A DNA stretch of 33,806 nt from Nitrospinaceae bacterium (GTDB taxonomy: Bacteria > Nitrospinota > Nitrospinia > Nitrospinales > VA-1): NCBI GenBank assembly GCA_046754465.1, contig JBHHVU010000033.1, positions 1 to 33,806 on the forward strand. The letters are read 5' to 3'. Position 1 is the first letter of the stretch. The number at the start of each line of letters is the position of its first letter. The notes beneath the pieces are model-generated. The model searched no databases and was not told where the DNA came from. It saw only the letters and a program-made list of their open reading frames with translations. A program made the position numbers and the translations under genes. Positions 1 through 7,249 of this stretch are shown here, in pieces.

Positions 1-74
1 ACGGGGAAGGATAATGAACCCGCGCGAACATTCTTTTTCTCAAAATCCGTCCCGTACCTCCCGCTAAAACTTTC

Positions 75-1058
75 CTAACCCGCGTCCCTAATAATCCGGA
101 TCAATTCGTCCATGGCCGGTGATTGGGACGCCCGGGAAAGTTTCTCGATCTGACGGATCAGGGAATCCCGGTCTTGAAACTTGAGTTCGATCCGGATCTC
201 TCCGCTCTCAAAACTTTCCTGGAATCGCACTTTAGTCTTGGGGTCCAGGCGAAGTTGGTCGAGGGCGGACGCCACCCGTTTTTGCAGGTCCGACAGCGCG
301 GGGTACCGCCAACGGTAAAGAGTCTGGTGGATCAAATCGTACTTTTCCGGGGCAGGAAGGTCCTGCTCCAGGACGGACTGGACCTCCCGGCGCAGGAGAA
401 TCCCGGCGGGGGATGATTCTTCGCGGCGGGCCGTTTCGCCGGCCAGTTCCAGCAGTTCCCGGCATTTATTGACCCCCGGCCTGAGAACCGAGAACAGCTC
501 CTCCGCCGCATCCCGGCTGGCCGGGTCCCACCGGCACAACAGCGAAATCACACGCAGGGGAACCTTCAACTCGTGAAGAATCTTCTGCATGCCCGGTGTT
601 AACTGACCGGCCGCCGAAAAATCCTGGAATAATTTTTTACTACTTTCTATCCCCAGGATGGGCATATACTTTCGGATGATCCGGTCCACGGCGGCCCCCG
701 CATGAGCCAGTTTGCCCAAGACCTGTGCCTTTTCGATATCACTGTAAATGCGATGGGAGTGGTTTTCGGTCAAATTGGCCGCCAGCATCGCTTCCGCATC
801 CAGATTCGTATCCAGGACGCCGGCGGGGATGCAGTCCACCTTCATGCCTTGACAGATTTTCAGGCGGCGGTGACCGCAAACCACGCGGAACCGTTGGCCG
901 GAACGCACGAGAATGACGGGATGCATCACCCCGATTTCCCGGACGGAAGTTTCCAGGGATTCCGGCACGGGGGAAAGCGAAAAATCCGTCAGGCCGTCAC
1001 TCCCGTCGATTTGGCCGAGGGAAACGCGTAAGAACTTGCAGCTTGGGCTTGCTTTCAT
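75..1058 (-). CDS. ParB/Sulfiredoxin N-terminal domain protein (orphan ParB-like, putative CTP/NTP-binding)
   Basis: 327-aa ORF with ParB N-domain motifs: LxxSVREIGVMHPVIL, arginine patch VVCGHRRL, and LTENHSHR...SDIEKA. No parA adjacent. Exact start is uncertain. Confidence 0.8.
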   Translation of the reverse strand: MKASPSCKFLRVSLGQIDGSDGLTDFSLSPVPESLETSVREIGVMHPVILVRSGQRFRVVCGHRRLKICQGMKVDCIPAGVLDTNLDAEAMLAANLTENHSHRIYSDIEKAQVLGKLAHAGAAVDRIIRKYMPILGIESSKKLFQDFSAAGQLTPGMQKILHELKVPLRVISLLCRWDPASRDAAEELFSVLRPGVNKCRELLELAGETARREESSPAGILLRREVQSVLEQDLPAPEKYDLIHQTLYRWRYPALSDLQKRVASALDQLRLDPKTKVRFQESFESGEIRIELKFQDRDSLIRQIEKLSRASQSPAMDELIRIIRDAG

Positions 1059-1941
1059 GGTTCACTCATTTTTACAACGATGGCAATGGACGTGGGTTCT
1101 AGGGTCCTTCCTTTTTTGTTACGGGTGTTTTTTTGAACCCGCGCCGGAGGGAATGGTGCTCATTCCCGGGGGAGAATTCACCATGGGCACCGATCTTACG
1201 GACCGGGGGAACAACGCCCTGCGGCTGGGCCTGGTAAAACCCTGGTTCGCCGACGAATTCCCGGAACACCGGGTTTACACGAAGGACTTCTACATCGACC
1301 GATACGAAGTGACCAACCGTGAATATTATATATTCTGCCAGGGGACGGACCACCATCCCCCCAGGATCTGGGGCGGACCGAAATATCCCGAGGGGATGGG
1401 GAATTACCCGGTCACCTTCGTGAATTTTTTTGACGCCGCCGCTTATGCCGAGTGGGCGGGGAAGCGCCTGCCAACCGAGGCCGAATGGGAAAAAGCCGCC
1501 CGGGGTCCCAGGGGATTCCTCTACCCCTGGGGAAACGATTTTGATCGGGAGGCCGCGAATGTCAGCCTGTCCCCTAAAACCAAACACGGTCAGGGACTCC
1601 ACCCGGCCGGCAGTTTCCCAAAGGGGAAAAGTCCCTACGGTTTGTACGACATGATTGGCAACGTTTGGGAATGGGTGTGGGACTATTATCTCCCCTATCC
1701 CGGCAACAACAATCCTTCCGCGGATTATGGCAAAAAATATGTGGTGGTGCGTGGCTTATCCTACCTGGGCGTGGGCCATTTTTCCTCCAAGGATTATAAA
1801 AAGGTCGTGGCGCTGAAGGCCCGGGCCTCCTACCGCGAAAAACTCACTCCCTTTGCCCGGAAAAAAGATGTCGGTTTCCGTTGTGTCAAGGACCGCGTCC
1901 CCTGGTTCAATCAAGAGTCCACGCCCAAACAGGCCACCTGA
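1057..1941 (+). CDS. Formylglycine-generating enzyme (FGE-sulfatase/SUMF1) domain protein, probably exported
   Basis: Motifs GMVLIPGGEFTMG, FYIDRYEVTN, YPVTFV, GKRLPTEAEWEKAARG, YPWG, GLYDMIGNVWEW and GFRC. ATG 1057 precedes a hydrophobic signal-like segment (WTWVLGSFLFCYGC). The ORF-track start at 913 lies inside the opposite-strand gene. Confidence 0.88.
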   Translation: MVHSFLQRWQWTWVLGSFLFCYGCFFEPAPEGMVLIPGGEFTMGTDLTDRGNNALRLGLVKPWFADEFPEHRVYTKDFYIDRYEVTNREYYIFCQGTDHHPPRIWGGPKYPEGMGNYPVTFVNFFDAAAYAEWAGKRLPTEAEWEKAARGPRGFLYPWGNDFDREAANVSLSPKTKHGQGLHPAGSFPKGKSPYGLYDMIGNVWEWVWDYYLPYPGNNNPSADYGKKYVVVRGLSYLGVGHFSSKDYKKVVALKARASYREKLTPFARKKDVGFRCVKDRVPWFNQESTPKQAT

Positions 1942-1950
1942 CCGTTCCTT

Positions 1951-3141
1951 TTATTTTCCGGTAATCCGGTAAACCACCCCCAGATAATCGTCGGACAGGT
2001 AAAGCTCTCCTTTCGGGGAGAGCTCCAGATCCACCGGCCGGCCCACCACGTGGGAGGGGACCGGTCCAGCTTCCAACGCCTTGCGCGGTGGCGGGTCCCG
2101 TTGCAGCCAGCCGGTTATGAAATCCTCCTGCGCGAGTATTTTACCGCGGGGACTCAGTTGCAGGCGAACCACTTTATATCCCGCGGGCACGGAGCGATTC
2201 CAGGAACCGTGAAAGGCGATGAACAGGCTGTGATCGTACCGCGGGGGCAGTTTGCCGCCGGGATAAAACGCCAACCCGAGCGGAGCCATATGGGCGGTGA
2301 AGGTGCGAACCGGGGGTTCGGTAGCGGCACAGTCGAAGGCTTGCCCAAAATCCTCATCGAACCGGCGGTCCTCATAACAGTAAGGCCAACCGTAATGTTT
2401 TCCTTGCCGGATGATGTTCAACTCCTCCCGGGGGTGATCGTCCCCCAGCCAATCCCGGCCGTTGTTCACGCCCCACAACTCCCCCGAATAGGGGGAGAAC
2501 TCGATCCCCACGGAATTTCTCAATCCGCTGGCGAAAATTTCCTTTCCCGATCCGTCGAGGTTGAACCGGATGATCGCGGCCCGCATGGCATTTCTTTCCC
2601 GGCAGACGTTGCAGGAAGACCCAACCGAAAGGTAGAGTTTGCCGCCTTTTATTTTGAGGGTCCGCGTCGAATGGCCGCCTCCAGGAATGCCGCGAACGAT
2701 CACCTCCGGTTCGCCGTAGGTGAAAGACCCGCGTTCCCGTTTCAGCCGGATGACCTGCTCCTCCTCGGCAACGTAAAGGTAATATCCCGAATCCAGTTGA
2801 ACGAAAGCGAGCCCATGCGGGGTATTGCGGCCCCGCAGGATCACCACGGTGCGGTCGGCCCTTCCCTCCCCGTTGGCATCGGGCAACGCCACGACCTGTC
2901 CGGCGCGGTGACGGCTGAGGAACAAAATGCCCCGGTCGTCGAACGCCATGTGCCGGGCGGAAGCCAGATTTTCCGCGAAAATTTTCACCCGGACGCCGGG
3001 GGGAACCTTCAGACGAAGTTCGCCGATCCCAATTTTCTGGATCTCGCCCCCGGAAACGGTATTCCACGAAAAAAGCAAGATTAACAAGGCCTCCAGGAGG
3101 AAGACCGCCTGCCTGATTGGCCTATGAGGCGAAAGGGACAT
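1951..3141 (-). CDS. PQQ-dependent sugar/L-sorbosone dehydrogenase family beta-propeller protein, exported
   Basis: N-terminal hydrophobic signal. Motifs GGGHSTR, SVGSSCNVC, ASGLRNSVG, NGRDWLGDD, YGWPYCY, AHMAPLG, HGSWNRS, GRPVD and LYLSDD. Confidence 0.88.
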   Translation of the reverse strand: MSLSPHRPIRQAVFLLEALLILLFSWNTVSGGEIQKIGIGELRLKVPPGVRVKIFAENLASARHMAFDDRGILFLSRHRAGQVVALPDANGEGRADRTVVILRGRNTPHGLAFVQLDSGYYLYVAEEEQVIRLKRERGSFTYGEPEVIVRGIPGGGHSTRTLKIKGGKLYLSVGSSCNVCRERNAMRAAIIRFNLDGSGKEIFASGLRNSVGIEFSPYSGELWGVNNGRDWLGDDHPREELNIIRQGKHYGWPYCYEDRRFDEDFGQAFDCAATEPPVRTFTAHMAPLGLAFYPGGKLPPRYDHSLFIAFHGSWNRSVPAGYKVVRLQLSPRGKILAQEDFITGWLQRDPPPRKALEAGPVPSHVVGRPVDLELSPKGELYLSDDYLGVVYRITGK

Positions 3142-3279
3142 GGAATCTCCCGCGAAAGTATCGGAATTCCAAAGTTTTGACGTGGATCCGGACGCCGACA
3201 GTATACATTATCTCATTGAAAACATGAAGATTTGCTTGTAACTTAGTGTAAACACCAAAATATAAGGATTTCAGCTTTT

Positions 3280-6264
3280 ATGGCGCAGGTTGCGTACAGA
3301 AAAAGGGGGATGGATTTCGCCCTGATTCTCGGCGGCATTCTTCTGAGCGCGGATGTCTTCGGACTAGATCTTCTTTTTCCCCTGGGAATCGCGGTGGCGG
3401 TGCCTTACGCCGGGACCGTTTTATTGGGTCTTTTGTGGCCGGGCCCCACCTATGTGTTGACCGCCGCGACCGGCGCGACGGTGCTCACCCTGCTGGGGTT
3501 TTTTCTTGCTCCGTCCGAACCCGAATTATGGAAGGCCCTGCTCCACCGCGGTTTGGCCGTGCTGGTGATCTGGGGCGTGGCAGGGTTCTGCCTGTCTCTC
3601 AAACGGTCCCGGTCGGAAAAAAGGGAACTGCAAAATTTGATTGCCCATATAGGCCGGGTGGTTTCCCAACCCCTCACCCGTCCCCAGGACTCCCCGCTTT
3701 TTAAAAATATTCTGGATTCCCTGCTCTCCATCACCCAAAGCCGGTTTGGAATCATCGGGGAGGTTCTTAAAGACCCCGAAGGGAAAGTGCATATCGAGAA
3801 TCGAGCGGGCTCTATTCGCGATGATGGGCCGATGGAGTCGGCTGGAGTTTTTCAGGAAAGCGCCCCCATTTATCCGGAGATTGAAATATACAGCATGTCA
3901 CATTTGCTGAACGAAGTTTTGAATACCGGGAAACCCCTGCTCATCCAATACGGCGCCGAGGATACCCGGGGGGCGAGACTGGTGACGGGACACCCGCCCC
4001 TGGAATCGTTTCTGGGGCTGCCCTTGTACCATGAGGGGAAAATTCTTGCCGTGGTGGGAATCGCCAACCGTCCGGAAGGTTACGATGACGCCTTGCTGGA
4101 ATACCTGAATCCCTTCTTTTCTGCGGCCGCCTACGGCATCCAATTGTTCCGGACCGGCCAGGAGCGGGAGAAAATGCAAGAGGCCTGCCGGGAAGGAGAC
4201 GAAAAATTAAAGCAGCTGCGGGACGAACTCCAAAAGATGGAACTCGCCCTGGAGGAAAAAGACGGCCAGATCCGGCAAATCCAGCAGGAACGCCTGAAAG
4301 GGGAAGAAGCCCTGCAAGCCTGGGAAGAGCGTTTGAACCGGATTCAGGAAGAACTCGGCTGGGCCACCCGGGACTTCGAAGCGCGGAACGATCAAATCCG
4401 TCAGTTCGAATCCAAGCTGACCCACACGGAACAAGCCCTGCGGGAACGCGAAGAAGAAGTCTCCCGGGTCCAGGCGGAAAAAACCGGAATCCAGGAGGAA
4501 TTGCGGGATGCGCGGGAACGTCTCGCGGAGATGGAGAACCAGTTGAGCCGCTCGGCAAATGAATTGCGGGAAAAAGAAAACCTCCTGGCGCAATTGGAAG
4601 ATGAACTCCACCAGGCCCAGAATGCCGCCCTGGAAACCGGAAAACGCATCGGGCAACTCGAAAAGGACCAGAGGCAAAAAGAAGAAGCCTTGCGCGAAAA
4701 GGAGGACCGTTTGAACGAGGTCCAACAGGAACTGGATCGAATGGAAAAAATCCTGCGGGAAAAGGAAGAACAGGAATCTCATGCCGGCGAGGAAAAAAAA
4801 CGGATCGAACGCGCGATGCGGGAGAACAAGGAGCATTTGTCGCGGGTGCACAAGGAACTCAAGCGGACGGCGAAGGCCCTGCGGAACCGGGTGAAAGGCC
4901 TTTCCGAAACCAAAAAGGAAAAAAGCCGCATCGAGGAAGATCTCAAGAAAAGGGAAAAACGGTTGCAGGAAGTGGAAGCCCACCTGAAAAGGGTCCTCGA
5001 GGCCCGCGGCCAGGCCGAAAAACGTTTCCTTGAAATTGCGGGAACCGCCCGCGAATGGTTTTGGGAGGTGGATGAAGACGGACTGTATACCTATTCCAGT
5101 CCGGCGGTGGAAAGGATACTGGGTTACCAGCCGGAAGAAATCGTGGGGAAAAAACATTTCTACGACTTATTCGATCCGTCTTCCCGGGAGGATTTAAAAC
5201 GGGCCTTCTTCAAGGTAATTGCCCAGAAGGAATATCTCCGGGATGTCTCAACCACCAAACAGCACAAAACCGGCCGACCGGTCGATTTAAAAACGACCGC
5301 GGCGCCGATTCTGGATGAGGAGGGGGAGCTTCGGGGATACCGGGGAATGAACACAGAGGCCCCTGGCCGGGAGGAGACGGTTCAAGAGGTCTCCCAAACC
5401 CGTAAGGAGCTGGAGGAGCGGGTGGAGGAACGTAACCTGGAATTGAGCGAGATGAACCAACGGCTGCAAAAAGAAATCGCCGAACGGGTGCGGATCAAGG
5501 ACACCTTCCGTCACTACGCCCAGGAACTCGAGCGCAGCAACAAGGACCTCAAGGAATTCGCTTCGATCGCCTCGCACGATCTTCAGGATCCCTTGAGAAA
5601 AGTCATCGCCTTCGGGAAACGGCTCAAGCAGGACTGTTACGAATCGCTGGACGAGCGGGGCCGGGATTACCTGGAACGGATGGAACGGGCCACCGAGCGG
5701 ATGCAGAATTTCATAGACGATCTGCTGCAGTATTCCAAGGTTTCCACCAAGGCGCCTCAGTTGCGGCAGGTCGACTTGAACGAGGTCGTGGAGGGAGTTC
5801 TGGTTTTCCTGGAAACACGGGTGGCCGCAAGCGGGGGCCGGGTGAGCGTCGATAAACTTCCCACCCTGGAGGCGGACCGGATGCAAATGCATCAACTGTT
5901 TCAAAATTTGATATCCAACGCGTTGAAGTTCCATAAAGAGGGGCGGGCGCCGGTGGTGACCATCCGCCACCGTTCCCTGGAAGGGGGGCTGCACGAAATT
6001 CAAGTGGAAGACAACGGCATCGGGTTCGACGAACGGCACCTGGAACGCATCTTCAAGCCATTCGAGCGGCTGCACGGCACCAACCAGTATAACGGCAGCG
6101 GCATGGGGCTGGCCATCTGCCAAAAAATCGTCCAGCTTCACGGCGGCGACATCACCGCCAAAAGCGCCAAAAATGCCGGATCGACGTTCATCATCACCCT
6201 TCCGGAGAAACAAGCCGGCCGGAAATCGAAAAAAGAACCAGGGGAAAATTTTCCCAACCTTTGA
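3280..6264 (+). CDS. Membrane sensor histidine kinase: ~4 TM helices, GAF, ~294-aa repeat coiled coil, PAS, HisKA, HATPase_c
   Basis: Hydrophobic N-terminus. GAF end (GHPPLESFLGLPL...GIANRPEGYD). PAS (EWFWEVDEDGLYTYSSPAVERILGY). H-box ASHDLQDPLRK, N-box QLFQNLISNALKF, G1 EDNGIG, F-box IFKPFERLH, G2 GSGMGLAIC. Confidence 0.93.
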   Translation: MAQVAYRKRGMDFALILGGILLSADVFGLDLLFPLGIAVAVPYAGTVLLGLLWPGPTYVLTAATGATVLTLLGFFLAPSEPELWKALLHRGLAVLVIWGVAGFCLSLKRSRSEKRELQNLIAHIGRVVSQPLTRPQDSPLFKNILDSLLSITQSRFGIIGEVLKDPEGKVHIENRAGSIRDDGPMESAGVFQESAPIYPEIEIYSMSHLLNEVLNTGKPLLIQYGAEDTRGARLVTGHPPLESFLGLPLYHEGKILAVVGIANRPEGYDDALLEYLNPFFSAAAYGIQLFRTGQEREKMQEACREGDEKLKQLRDELQKMELALEEKDGQIRQIQQERLKGEEALQAWEERLNRIQEELGWATRDFEARNDQIRQFESKLTHTEQALREREEEVSRVQAEKTGIQEELRDARERLAEMENQLSRSANELREKENLLAQLEDELHQAQNAALETGKRIGQLEKDQRQKEEALREKEDRLNEVQQELDRMEKILREKEEQESHAGEEKKRIERAMRENKEHLSRVHKELKRTAKALRNRVKGLSETKKEKSRIEEDLKKREKRLQEVEAHLKRVLEARGQAEKRFLEIAGTAREWFWEVDEDGLYTYSSPAVERILGYQPEEIVGKKHFYDLFDPSSREDLKRAFFKVIAQKEYLRDVSTTKQHKTGRPVDLKTTAAPILDEEGELRGYRGMNTEAPGREETVQEVSQTRKELEERVEERNLELSEMNQRLQKEIAERVRIKDTFRHYAQELERSNKDLKEFASIASHDLQDPLRKVIAFGKRLKQDCYESLDERGRDYLERMERATERMQNFIDDLLQYSKVSTKAPQLRQVDLNEVVEGVLVFLETRVAASGGRVSVDKLPTLEADRMQMHQLFQNLISNALKFHKEGRAPVVTIRHRSLEGGLHEIQVEDNGIGFDERHLERIFKPFERLHGTNQYNGSGMGLAICQKIVQLHGGDITAKSAKNAGSTFIITLPEKQAGRKSKKEPGENFPNL
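4162..5043 (+). repeat. 14 tandem degenerate 21-aa (63-bp) coiled-coil repeats within the kinase
   Basis: Residues 295-588 split without gaps into 21-mers, e.g. ERLKGEEALQAWEERLNRIQE, KLTHTEQALREREEEVSRVQA, DQRQKEEALREKEDRLNEVQQ, EKSRIEEDLKKREKRLQEVEA. Confidence 0.8.
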
Positions 6265-6351
6265 TACCATGGTTCTCCTTGATCCTGTTTCCTTCTCCAT
6301 CGACGAATTTTTTCGGGGGAAACCATCGGGCATTTCGAGACACAGGCCGCT

Positions 6352-7194
6352 ATGGTGTTCTACAGGCACTTCCTTTTAATCCTTGCCATATCCGCTTTCT
6401 TCGTTGCCGGAGGCCAGGCGGAAACCCTGGTCATGGGTGTCTACACCTCCGACAAGCCCACGGTGATGTTTAAAAAATTCAATCCCATTCTTGGCCATTT
6501 GCAAGATAGCGCGGCCGGCCAGGGATTGCCTTTGGATTTCAAGTTACGCATTTTTCCTTCCTACCGTTTGGCCGTCCAGGCCCTGGCGCGGGGAGCGGTG
6601 GATTTCGCCCGATTCGGACCTGCCAGTTACATCCACGCGAAGGAAAAAAATCCCAACATTCGCCTGCTGATCATGGAACATAAAAAGGGTTCCAAGCGTT
6701 TTAAAGGAATTTTCATCGCACCCAGTGACTCGCCCATCCGATCCATCCACGATTTGAAAGGAAAAACTTTCGCCTTTGGCAATCCCTTTTCCACTATCGG
6801 GCGTTATCTTTCCCAGGCCGAATTCGTGAGGGCGAAAATTTATGCCAAGGATCTGAAAAAGTATTCCTACCTGGGCCGTCATGATAAAGTCATCCTCGCC
6901 GTGGCCAACGGGCTTTACGATGCCGGCGTGGTTAAGGAGAACACATTCAGGAAATACGCAGATTCCCGAGGCCTGAAAAAAATCGGAGAGTTTCCCAATG
7001 TCACCAAGCCCTGGGTGGTCCGCCAGGACTTCGAGGAAAAATGGTTCCGGATGATCCAGGCGGCCCTTTTGAATCTCAAGGACCGGATCCTTCTCCAGGC
7101 GTTGGGTCAGGATGGGTTTCTGCTCGCCGAGGATGCCGATTATGATTTCGTCCGCCGTAAGATGAATTTATCCCAGGCATTCTCACAAGAATGA
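6352..7194 (+). CDS. PhnD/PtxB-like (phosphate/phosphite/phosphonate family) periplasmic substrate-binding protein
   Basis: Signal peptide ending ...GGQA|E. Motifs VDFARFGPASY, IHDLKGKTFAFGNPFSTIG, GRHDKVILAVANGLYDAG and the C-terminal DADYD typical of this family. Confidence 0.85.
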   Translation: MVFYRHFLLILAISAFFVAGGQAETLVMGVYTSDKPTVMFKKFNPILGHLQDSAAGQGLPLDFKLRIFPSYRLAVQALARGAVDFARFGPASYIHAKEKNPNIRLLIMEHKKGSKRFKGIFIAPSDSPIRSIHDLKGKTFAFGNPFSTIGRYLSQAEFVRAKIYAKDLKKYSYLGRHDKVILAVANGLYDAGVVKENTFRKYADSRGLKKIGEFPNVTKPWVVRQDFEEKWFRMIQAALLNLKDRILLQALGQDGFLLAEDADYDFVRRKMNLSQAFSQE

Positions 7195-7249
7195 AAGGGT
7201 TCCGCGGAGGTAAGAAACCGTTTCTAACCTTTGAAACGCGATCCAGGTC

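Noticed and set aside
4162..5043. 63-bp periodicity considered as a CRISPR array or DNA tandem repeat
   Set aside because: There are no identical nucleotide repeats with spacers; the periodicity is degenerate and at protein level.
4207..5157. 316-aa Phe/Leu-rich minus-strand ORF that looks like a membrane protein
   Set aside because: The hydrophobicity only mirrors the GAA/AAA/CAG codons of the coiled coil on the plus strand.
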